IMG/VR virus record: IMGVR_UViG_3300016471_000863
DNA from: a virus
Strand: one strand, 5' to 3'
Length of the DNA: 64,000 bases
Shown: positions 28,330-37,181 of the stretch, in pieces
How the letters are laid out: the number at the start of each line of letters is the position of its first letter
Numbering within the stretch: position 1 is the stretch's first letter
The notes under the pieces: model-generated
What the model was told of the DNA's origin: nothing
The model's input: only the letters and a program-made list of their open reading frames with translations
Databases searched by the model: none
Translations under genes and position numbers: made by a program

Positions 28330-29553
28330 TCATCCATAATCCTTTGTCCAGGTATAAGTATAACCTTCTCTTGACGAGCCAACATATCCGGGTGCAAATG
28401 AGCCGGTCCATGGTAAAGTTAGTTTTCTATTTGTGATATTTGTATTTCCTCCCAAAACAAATCTGGATAAATCTTGAGTTACGGTATAACTTTGCGCTCC
28501 TATAATACCCTTAAACATATCAATAGTTCCGAGAAAGCCAAAATAGGGAGTTTCTGCAACTCCTACATATACCGGAAATTCGTCAAATTTACCTATTAAT
28601 AGGTTAGGCTGATATGTAGTTGAAATAAAGTTTGACATTACTTGAAGTATTCCTGCTCTTGAACCGCTTACCATTATACCAATCGGAACCCCGACGCCGC
28701 CTTGTGGATCAAAGGAAGTACCAGCAGTATCTCCAAATGCTGTATTTGTAAAAAAAGTATCCGTGGCTGAATAGCCGGTATACATAATAAATCCTTTTGT
28801 CCCGCCTGCAATGCCAGAACCACTTAAAGAAGGATTTAAATCAAATGCTCCAAAATATCTAATGTCAATACCACGACTATAATTCCAATCGCTCCCGGCA
28901 TACATTCCATCCCCATCATATATGTAGTGATTAGTTGCTTGATTTGTTGTTCCAATTTGAGCAACGGTGACTGTCATGCTGTTATTCCTTGATGTAGTAT
29001 GAGAACCACCCAAATCATTGCTTCTTGGTAAAACATACATAGTTCTATCGGTAGAGCCGGGAACCCATCTTGGATTTGCTGCCGTGGAGTTGCCGTCACT
29101 AATCGTTCCATTCCACGGATTAAAGGAAGTTGAACCAGAAAAACATGCAGCGGTTTGGATTATAACACCTCTAAATTGAAAATTATTTGCTATATTAGTA
29201 GAGCCGCCATTTACAATTGGTTGATTAAATGTTTCGTTAGCAACGGCGGCACTTCCGCTAACAACTTGCACATACATATACCAATCCCATGGACGTTCTG
29301 TATTGCTTTTCATTCTCCAAAGTGAATGTGCCCCTAAACCAAAAGGTCTTGCTCCATCCCAATAGGTTCTTGTATCAAAACTTCCGGAAACTGCTCCACT
29401 TCCACTATTCCAAGATACTAAATCTGCTACACCGGAGCCAGTCAAATAACTCATAAAATCCATTAATGATTTATATTGTTCATTTGCTATATTTTCTTTG
29501 TTAACTGGATTTGAAATGCAGTTTAGTTTTGCATAATATGTTTTAGTTGTCAT
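28330..29553 (-). CDS. Putative virion/tail protein, tandem paralog A
   Basis: S/G/T/N-rich; shares MxxKTYYxKL start, LPRSND, PWTGS and YTWTKxYG end with B and C. Confidence 0.65.
   Translation of the reverse strand: MTTKTYYAKLNCISNPVNKENIANEQYKSLMDFMSYLTGSGVADLVSWNSGSGAVSGSFDTRTYWDGARPFGLGAHSLWRMKSNTERPWDWYMYVQVVSGSAAVANETFNQPIVNGGSTNIANNFQFRGVIIQTAACFSGSTSFNPWNGTISDGNSTAANPRWVPGSTDRTMYVLPRSNDLGGSHTTSRNNSMTVTVAQIGTTNQATNHYIYDGDGMYAGSDWNYSRGIDIRYFGAFDLNPSLSGSGIAGGTKGFIMYTGYSATDTFFTNTAFGDTAGTSFDPQGGVGVPIGIMVSGSRAGILQVMSNFISTTYQPNLLIGKFDEFPVYVGVAETPYFGFLGTIDMFKGIIGAQSYTVTQDLSRFVLGGNTNITNRKLTLPWTGSFAPGYVGSSREGYTYTWTKDYG
29209..29268. repeat. 60-bp perfect direct repeat, copy 1 (copy 2 at 31693-31752)
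   Basis: atttacaattggttgattaaatgtttcgttagcaacggcggcacttccgctaacaacttg is identical in paralogs A and C. Confidence 0.9.
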
Positions 29554-29556
29554 AAA

Positions 29557-30810
29557 TCATCCGTAATTTTTTGTCCAGGTGTAGTTGGAACCGGTTCTGC
29601 TTGTGCTGACGCCGATAGCTACCGAGCCGGTCCATGGTATTGATATTTTATTATCTGTTAAAGTAGTTGTGCCGCCAACTATTGCTCTGCTGAAATCATC
29701 TTTCATATCATGTGTTTGAAGATCGTTAACATATCTAACTAATCCATGGTTCATATTTCCCAAATAACCTGCACTTCCACCTTCTGAACTGCCAACATAT
29801 ACTGGAAATTCATCATAAGTGCTTGTCAATGTGTTTGGTTGATATGTTGCCCCTAAAAAGTTTGCAATACTTTGTGGCACGCCAATTTTGGAACCATTTA
29901 TCATCCTTCCCACTGGAACAGCCACGCCTCCTTCAGTATTTAAACTAGTTCCAGCAATACTTCCAAAGCTTGTATTTATTGGAATAGAATTTGCTATATT
30001 TGCCTGAAATTCACATGCTAAAAATCCATAGTCTGATCCACATATGCCTGAAGCAGTTAAAATATTTCGTAGTTCAAATCCGCCAACATATGAAAAAGCA
30101 TAGGTATTATCGTTCCCAGCATCTTTTGCTACAAATAATGCATCTCCGTCATATATAAAATGATATCGCATTGCAGTGTCTGATGTGGTATGGACGCTTG
30201 CTAACATGATGGCATTTTGTTTTCCCGTGCTTGTAGCGCCCTCTGCATCATTACTTCGTGGAAGAACATAAAGGGTTCTGTTGTTTGCTCCAGAAACCCA
30301 TCTAATAGATCCATTTCCAGCCCCTTGAGAAGCATTTCCGGAACCATCCGATAAAGATCCATTCCATGAATTAAAAAATGTAGAACCAGAAAAGCAGACT
30401 GCTGCCTGCATTAATATTCCAACATAACTTTGATTACCCGCTGGCGCATCAAAGCCGTTTGCATACCCATCTATAGGAGTATTAAATGCATATCTTAGAG
30501 CAGAATTGTTTCCGCTAACAACTTGAGTATATAAATACCATTCCCAATTTCTTGTAGAGCTGGTATGAAATCTCCAAAGAGTATGGGAACCTAAGCCAAA
30601 CGGATTTGCCCCATCCCAATAAGTTCTTGCATCAAAACTTCCTGATACAGCGCCGCTCCCGCTATTCCATGAAACAAGTGTTGCAACATTAGAACCGGTA
30701 AGATAACTCATGAAATCGCAGAAAGATTTATAATATTCGCCAGTAGCATTTGCAGATGCTGCAACGCTTGTAAAACAATCTAATTTTCCGTAATATGTTT
30801 TAGTTGCCAT
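29557..30810 (-). CDS. Putative virion/tail protein, tandem paralog B
   Basis: Same conserved blocks as paralogs A and C. Confidence 0.65.
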   Translation of the reverse strand: MATKTYYGKLDCFTSVAASANATGEYYKSFCDFMSYLTGSNVATLVSWNSGSGAVSGSFDARTYWDGANPFGLGSHTLWRFHTSSTRNWEWYLYTQVVSGNNSALRYAFNTPIDGYANGFDAPAGNQSYVGILMQAAVCFSGSTFFNSWNGSLSDGSGNASQGAGNGSIRWVSGANNRTLYVLPRSNDAEGATSTGKQNAIMLASVHTTSDTAMRYHFIYDGDALFVAKDAGNDNTYAFSYVGGFELRNILTASGICGSDYGFLACEFQANIANSIPINTSFGSIAGTSLNTEGGVAVPVGRMINGSKIGVPQSIANFLGATYQPNTLTSTYDEFPVYVGSSEGGSAGYLGNMNHGLVRYVNDLQTHDMKDDFSRAIVGGTTTLTDNKISIPWTGSVAIGVSTSRTGSNYTWTKNYG

Positions 30811-30813
30811 AAA

Positions 30814-32037
30814 TCAACCATAATCCTTTGTCCAAGTATAATTGGATCCAGTTCTTGCAAACGAAACACCCGGCGCAAAAGATCCAGTCCACGGAACAGA
30901 TACCATTAAATTACCAACTGTTGCGCCAATACCACCAAAAACAGCTCTACTTAAATCTGAAACCGTATCATGTGATAATGGTCCTCTGACAGTTCTATAT
31001 AATCCATAATTTAATTGCCCTAAAAGTCCAAAATTTGGATTTTCATTTACGCCTACCATTACTGGAAACTCATCATATTTTTGCGTAAAATAATTTGGCT
31101 GATATGTTGTAGAACCACCAAACGTTTGAACAATATCGGAAATACCACCTTGTGAGCCAGAAACTAATGTTCCAATCGGAACTCCTATGCCGCCCTGTGG
31201 ATCGAAAGTGGATCCGGCAGTATCTCCAAAAGTTGAAGCAAGTAAAGGAGTATTTGCTGTTTGACCTACATACATTCCAAATCCATATGGACCTCCGCCA
31301 ATCCCAGAACTGGTTAGCGAATTGCGTAATTCAAATGCGCCAACATATTGTGGCGCATATTCAGGAAGAGTAGATATAGGAGTTACAAATAAAAATGCGT
31401 CACCATCAAATAGTATATGATAACGAGCTGACGTTACATTTTGATTAAGAAACGCACCGACGCTATTATTTCTTGATGTAGCATGTGAGCCACCTAAATC
31501 ATTGCTTCTTGGTAAAACATACATATTTCTACTGGTGGACCCAGACACCCATCTTGGATTTGCGGCGGTTGAGTTTCCTTGACTTATGGTTCCATTCCAT
31601 GGATTAAAAGAAGTTGAACCGGAGAAACACACAGCCGCTTGCATGAGTACTCCTCTAAAATTGAAGTTATTAACAAAATTAGCATAACTGTAATTTACAA
31701 TTGGTTGATTAAATGTTTCGTTAGCAACGGCGGCACTTCCGCTAACAACTTGTGCATACATATACCATTCCCAATTTCTTGTAGAACTGGTATTTATTCT
31801 CCATACAGCGTGTGCTCCTCTTCCAAATGGAAGATTACCGTCCCAGAATGTTCTATTTTCAAAAGAACCTGTTGCTGCACTACTCCCACTATTCCAAGTT
31901 ATTAATGTAACTTTATCTGAACCAGAAAGATATGTCATGAAATCGCATAAATTTTTCCATTGTTCGCCAGCAATATGTTCTATATTTGTAGTTGTCGAAT
32001 AACAATCTAATTTTGCGTAATATGTTTTAATAGCCAT
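30814..32037 (-). CDS. Putative virion/tail protein, tandem paralog C
   Basis: Same conserved blocks as paralogs A and B. Confidence 0.65.
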   Translation of the reverse strand: MAIKTYYAKLDCYSTTTNIEHIAGEQWKNLCDFMTYLSGSDKVTLITWNSGSSAATGSFENRTFWDGNLPFGRGAHAVWRINTSSTRNWEWYMYAQVVSGSAAVANETFNQPIVNYSYANFVNNFNFRGVLMQAAVCFSGSTSFNPWNGTISQGNSTAANPRWVSGSTSRNMYVLPRSNDLGGSHATSRNNSVGAFLNQNVTSARYHILFDGDAFLFVTPISTLPEYAPQYVGAFELRNSLTSSGIGGGPYGFGMYVGQTANTPLLASTFGDTAGSTFDPQGGIGVPIGTLVSGSQGGISDIVQTFGGSTTYQPNYFTQKYDEFPVMVGVNENPNFGLLGQLNYGLYRTVRGPLSHDTVSDLSRAVFGGIGATVGNLMVSVPWTGSFAPGVSFARTGSNYTWTKDYG

Positions 32038-32048
32038 AACATTCCTTA

Positions 32049-35000
32049 TTAGCTAAATATAAGTTCAACGCCACCAACTATTATATTATTAGCAGTAGAT
32101 CCAGAAACTCTTACCTCATAAACTGATGTAGAAGAATTGTCAAAGTTTGTTATACCGGTTAACAAGTTAGATGAACTAACAAGAGTCGGAGCAGAACCAG
32201 TTATAGTAAAGTGTTTATCAATAGACGGTGTATCAACCAAATCAAGATAACTACCAGAAGTTAAGTTATAGATTTGTAGAGAGCCGGTATGATTTGCAGT
32301 TCCATCCGTAGCCATGATTGCTCTTACTCTAACAGAAGTAAGACCAGTATAATCAGCAGGAACCCAAGCAAACTGACCAATCATTAATGGACTTGTAGTT
32401 GCACTTGTTGAAGCTCCGGCAATATATTGTTTTCGAGTAATTGTCAATGCATTAGCTGCTGTCCATCCCGGCGGCGAACCACCGCCACTGGATGTTAACA
32501 CATAACCAGCAATTCCAGGATCTCCATTTATTTCAAGCTCACTGTTTAAAGTAAGTTTTAACTTATCTGATATTATATTGAGATTTTGAGCACCAGCAAC
32601 TTCATCTGTTGCGTTAATATAAGCTTCGCTGGGCTCCGATAGGGAACTTGATACAATTAAATTAATTAACGGACCTCCGGTATTAAGGTATCCGGTAGCA
32701 TGTATTTGAACCTTATTAGCTTTCTCAGAAGGTGTATCAATATCGACAGTTTCAATAAATCCTGGAGTTATCCAACTATACTGATCATTTGGAGCAGTAG
32801 GACTTTGAACTGCTGCTGTTAAGGTGCCAACATCTACTTTAAAAAGTGTGCCACCATTAACAATGTCCTTTATATCAAGAGCGGGAGCAGAATTATTTTG
32901 ACTTCCAGAAATAATAACACTATTATTTGGTCCCGTATCTCCTAAGACAAATATGGTACTGCCAGTTATTTGAACATTTCCATTTCCTATAATTGGACTC
33001 GAATTAACTCTTACTATGTCACTTCTATTCGCATCAAGATCGCCATCGCCATCACCAATAACAAATAACGAAAAATTATTTCCTCTTTGATTATATTTTC
33101 CAATTACAGTTTGACTAGAACCAGAAGCAATCGTTGCCTCACCGCCAGCATGGGAGTAATCTCCTATTGCAATTGTACTGGTTCCTTCTGCATGAGAACC
33201 AGCTCCTATAGATATGGTATAGTACCCTTCTGCATGAGAACCTATTCCCATGGATACGTTGCCATTTCCTTCTGCATGAGAACGAATGCCCGTTGCTCTG
33301 CCGCCGCCCTCTGCGTGGGCTTGTGTACCCAACGCAGTTCCTTGACCTTCTGCATGGCTAGATTGACCAAAACTTACATTACCACTATCTATGGCTACTG
33401 TATCAAAAGTTATGGCAGATATTTGACTGGTAAATGGTTCAAAAATAATTGAACCAGTTACATACGTATTTGTACCATCCCAATTGCTTCCTACATACCC
33501 ATATTCACCGCCGCCGATTGTGAATATATAAGTTGGACTACCAATTGAAGCAGTAACGTCGTTATAAGCTATAGCAATTTTAAATATTGCATTCGGAGCG
33601 TCATTGATTAAATCAACAGGAGTATAGATATCTAACGCATATCCCATAAAAGGATGTCCAGCTATGGACCCACCTCCCTCTGCGTGAGAATAACTCCCGT
33701 AAGCAAATGTATTGGTCCCTTCAGCGTGTGAGGCATTTCCTGATGCAGTTGTTCCGCTGCCCTCAGCGTGCGAGTAGTCTCCAGCAGCAGTTGTGCTCAA
33801 ACCCTCAGCGTGTGAGAATGAACCTGATGCTGTTGTGTTTGCACCCTCAGCGTGTGAGCCGTTCCCTGATGCAGTTGTGGAGTCACCCTCAGCGTGTGCA
33901 TCTGGACCTAGCGTTCTTGTATCATTTCCTTCAGCGTGTGAATTCTCACCATATGCTACTGTTTGAAAGCCTTCAGCGTGTGAATAATCACCATATGCTG
34001 TAGCGACGCCCTCGGCGTGAGAAGCATATCCTATAGCTATATCGGCGCTAGGTAGAAAGTCATTAAACACAACATAGGTAAGTCCGGATCCAAATGACAA
34101 AGCATCATTTAACGTACCGGTTATGTGTGTGTTAGTTCCATCCCATGATCGATTGGTATACGTGTATCGACCGTTCTTTGTAATAAATCTAAGTGGTCCA
34201 CCAAAAAACCCAAATGGCGCTGCTGAGTCCAGCTCAGAAGTGATATCACCATAGCCCGCCGCAATTTGGAATACTCCATTTCCAAGTGAAAGCGCGTCAA
34301 ATCCTTTGAATATATTGCCTGTTGAAGAATTTTCACCCTCAGCGTGTGAGTAGTCTCCAGCAGCAGTTGTACTCAAACCCTCAGCGTGTGAGAATGAACC
34401 TGATGCTGTTGTGCCACTGCCCTCGGCGTGTGAGGCATTTCCTGATGCAGTTGTGTTTTCAGCCTCAGCGTGTGAGTAGTCTCCAGCAGCAATTGTGCCA
34501 ATCCCCTCTGCATGGGAGTAGTCTCCAGAAGCAAGCGTTTGATAACCGGTTGCAAAAGCTTCTAAACCCGTGGCAGATGTTTGAAATCCTTGTACAACGG
34601 AGCCACTAATCTTAAGCGGAGATCCACCATATAGGACGCCCGATATTACAACATCTCCACCAAATAAAGCTACACCAGGAGTTCCACCATCTTTACTGCC
34701 TGAAGAACCCGAAACATAGAAGAAAACATCAGCGCCAATATCATCTGCAAAGAAACCAGTTCCATAATTACCAGCTATTGCAACAGAAGAAGTTGTCGCT
34801 AACCTATTACCACCGTCTTCCCATTGAGGAGATCCTCCTCCTCCGCCACCGCCAGGATATGTTCCACCAACAGTAAGATTGCCAGATACATGTAAATCTC
34901 CACCAAATACAGATATTGCCTGTGAATTACTTACATTTTTCTTACCAATACCACCAGAAACATATAAGAAAATATCTGTTCCAATACTGCCAGTATTGAA

Positions 35001-35153
35001 TATAGTTTGATTAATAAATCCTTGATTTGGACTTAAAGCATCGTCAGCAGAATGCGGATAAATTAATAACTTAGCCCCAGTTGGAGTTCCGGTAGAACCC
35101 GAAGCAATTAGCTTGTTTAGCTGGATCTGAGCCGCGCGGTAGTCTAGTGTCAT
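32049..35153 (-). CDS. Tail fibre/adhesin-like protein with YadA-head-like SHAEG repeats
   Basis: Three blocks of 14-aa xxxAxGxxSHAEG repeats separated by two related inserts (WDGTNT); Gly-rich linkers. Confidence 0.8.
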   Translation of the reverse strand: MTLDYRAAQIQLNKLIASGSTGTPTGAKLLIYPHSADDALSPNQGFINQTIFNTGSIGTDIFLYVSGGIGKKNVSNSQAISVFGGDLHVSGNLTVGGTYPGGGGGGGSPQWEDGGNRLATTSSVAIAGNYGTGFFADDIGADVFFYVSGSSGSKDGGTPGVALFGGDVVISGVLYGGSPLKISGSVVQGFQTSATGLEAFATGYQTLASGDYSHAEGIGTIAAGDYSHAEAENTTASGNASHAEGSGTTASGSFSHAEGLSTTAAGDYSHAEGENSSTGNIFKGFDALSLGNGVFQIAAGYGDITSELDSAAPFGFFGGPLRFITKNGRYTYTNRSWDGTNTHITGTLNDALSFGSGLTYVVFNDFLPSADIAIGYASHAEGVATAYGDYSHAEGFQTVAYGENSHAEGNDTRTLGPDAHAEGDSTTASGNGSHAEGANTTASGSFSHAEGLSTTAAGDYSHAEGSGTTASGNASHAEGTNTFAYGSYSHAEGGGSIAGHPFMGYALDIYTPVDLINDAPNAIFKIAIAYNDVTASIGSPTYIFTIGGGEYGYVGSNWDGTNTYVTGSIIFEPFTSQISAITFDTVAIDSGNVSFGQSSHAEGQGTALGTQAHAEGGGRATGIRSHAEGNGNVSMGIGSHAEGYYTISIGAGSHAEGTSTIAIGDYSHAGGEATIASGSSQTVIGKYNQRGNNFSLFVIGDGDGDLDANRSDIVRVNSSPIIGNGNVQITGSTIFVLGDTGPNNSVIISGSQNNSAPALDIKDIVNGGTLFKVDVGTLTAAVQSPTAPNDQYSWITPGFIETVDIDTPSEKANKVQIHATGYLNTGGPLINLIVSSSLSEPSEAYINATDEVAGAQNLNIISDKLKLTLNSELEINGDPGIAGYVLTSSGGGSPPGWTAANALTITRKQYIAGASTSATTSPLMIGQFAWVPADYTGLTSVRVRAIMATDGTANHTGSLQIYNLTSGSYLDLVDTPSIDKHFTITGSAPTLVSSSNLLTGITNFDNSSTSVYEVRVSGSTANNIIVGGVELIFS
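33760..34413. repeat. 42-bp-period coding repeats including a 78-bp duplication (33760-33837 and 34336-34413, 2 mismatches)
   Basis: Recurrent ccctcagcgtgtgag; TTASGSFSHAEGLSTTAAGDYSHAEG encoded twice. Confidence 0.88.
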
Positions 35154-35206
35154 ACAAAACGTCCCCTCTGTTCTATACTAGAAATAATAATCATAGAGGT
35201 AAGTAT

Positions 35207-36256
35207 ATGGAGTTCAGATATCAAGGAAATTCTAAAAAAGGTGGAATATATAAAATCATTAATATCCAAAACGGAAGATTTTATATTGGATCCGCAAAAG
35301 AATTTAAAAATCGTTGGGTTAATCATTATAGTTCTTTAAGAAGAAATAAACATCATAATAAATTTCTTCAAAATGACTTTAATAAGTATGGAGAAAAAAC
35401 GTTTTTATTTGAGATTGTTGAAGTAATGGAAAATCATACAACAGAAGAAAGACGATTGAGAGAAGAAGCTCTTATTAACGAATCGCTTAATGATTCTGAG
35501 AAAAAAGATCTGTGTTTTAATTTAGCAAAAAACATTGCATTAAAGGAAGGTCCGTGGTCATCTGATCCCGAAGCAACACGTATTAAAAGATCAGAGGCTT
35601 CTAAGAAAAGATGGAATGAACCAGGATATAGAGATGAGATATCGGAGAAGATGAAAAAAGGATGGACACAAGAAGTTAGAGAAGAGGCAAGTAAACGTTT
35701 ATCTGGAGAGGGGAATCCCATGTATGGAAAAGTAACATCAGATGAAACAAAAAAGTTATTATCCGAAGCGTCAAAAAAGATGTGGTTAAATGAGGAAACA
35801 AGACAGAATATTATTGGTGGGTCAAGCGATAGGGCGAAAAGACAATGGGAAGATGAAGAAATAAAAGAAAAAATGCGATCCGCAATTAAAAATTCTAAAA
35901 ATACCGAAGCTGCCAGAGAGCAGCAGAAAAATAAAGCAAAAAGACAATGGGAAAATGAAGAGATTAGAGCCAAAATGCTTAAAGCTTTGAACTCAAGTGA
36001 ACTTAAAGAAAAACAGAGTATTTTGAGTAAAAAGCTTTGGCAATCGGAAGAGCATAGAAAAAAAATGTCTGATGTTTTTGCCAGGATAAAAAGAAGGACG
36101 AAAACTTATATTTTATTATCGCCAGAAAATATTGAAACAACGATTGTAAATTTAAGGCAATTTTGTAAAGAAAATAATCTTTGTTATAGTGCGATGAATA
36201 GTTTGGCTAATGGCAGGAGAAAAGAATATAGAGGCTGGAAAAGTTTAAAACCATAA
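35207..36256 (+). mobile_element. Free-standing GIY-YIG homing endonuclease with NUMOD3-like repeats (start revised to 35207)
   Basis: GIYKI..FYIGSA..RW..H, LQNDFNKYG, E and N catalytic positions, GEGNPMYGK and repeated K-x-x-W helices; SD GAGGT; antisense to flanking genes. Confidence 0.9.
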
Positions 36257-36307
36257 TGCTGCCAACTTTAACTGTTTCTGTTTTTTATTCTTTTGACAAA
36301 AATTTGT

Positions 36308-37081
36308 CTATTGAACTGCTAGAATATATATTGAACTACTCATTGGAGCAGATAGATCATTGATTACGCTAGCATTATTTAATGATGCACTTTGGGGTAA
36401 CACGGAAACGTTTGCATCAAAATTTAAATTATCATCAAATGGAGTTTGAAATAAAGCAGGAGAGGGATTTTGCAATGCGCTCCAAGAAGCAGATAAATAA
36501 CTTTGATTTTCTGGATTCTGTTTATTTGCGCTAGCTATGAACCAACCACTTGTAGGAGTAATGGATCCGCTTTTACCAAAAAAATAAGCTGGAAAGCCAT
36601 TTGCATATGCTGCTCGATATCGTATTGTACCAGAGAATGGCGCAGATAATCCGACGATTGCATTTGCGTTTGTTACTGCAATACCATATATGTTTAAATT
36701 AAATGTATTTTGTACTGCTGCCGCCTCTTGTTCCATAGAAAAAACAAGATAGGGATTGCCGGAAAACGTAACATTAAAATTAAAGGAAACTGTATCAACA
36801 TTATTGAAATGAATTAATCCTTCGTCATATTCGCCAACAATAATAGGTCCAGAAATTCCAAACGTTTTAAAAAAATCACGATGTCTTACTGTTTTTTGTA
36901 AGTCAATTGTAGTATTTGAAGAAACAAGTGGTTTACCGGTAATTGGATCAAAGCTTGTAGGTTCGCTTATTACATCAAATACTTCATATGTAGTTAATTT
37001 TGGAGGTCTTGCAGCTTGACCAGTACCATAACTTTTGCGCCAAACATTTCTATTGTTACCATATTTGCTATTATCTGTCAC
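36308..37081 (-). CDS. Hypothetical protein, probably structural
   Basis: Beta-rich S/N/A composition; first gene of the structural run; GTG start. Confidence 0.55.
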   Translation of the reverse strand: MTDNSKYGNNRNVWRKSYGTGQAARPPKLTTYEVFDVISEPTSFDPITGKPLVSSNTTIDLQKTVRHRDFFKTFGISGPIIVGEYDEGLIHFNNVDTVSFNFNVTFSGNPYLVFSMEQEAAAVQNTFNLNIYGIAVTNANAIVGLSAPFSGTIRYRAAYANGFPAYFFGKSGSITPTSGWFIASANKQNPENQSYLSASWSALQNPSPALFQTPFDDNLNFDANVSVLPQSASLNNASVINDLSAPMSSSIYILAVQ

Positions 37082-37181
37082 ATTCTGTAATTAGCAATCT
37101 AAAAATAAATCATAATTGTCTGTGATGATAGTATTCGTACATTGTTGCTTCTAATAAAAGAACAAACAAATCGCACACTAA

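Noticed and set aside
29209-31752. Repeat pair as a diversity-generating retroelement TR/VR
   Set aside because: Both copies are internal to coding paralogs and identical, with no adenine-specific mismatches and no reverse transcriptase in the window
33100-34560. Regularly spaced ccctcagcgtgtgag repeats resembling a CRISPR array
   Set aside because: The 42-nt period is in frame within the fibre ORF (14-aa SHAEG repeats), variation is synonymous, and the intervening sequences are themselves repeated
35154-36307. Group I intron housing the GIY-YIG gene
   Set aside because: The flanking genes have their own start/stop, flanks are only ~50 nt and the ORF is antisense, leaving no room for a ribozyme core
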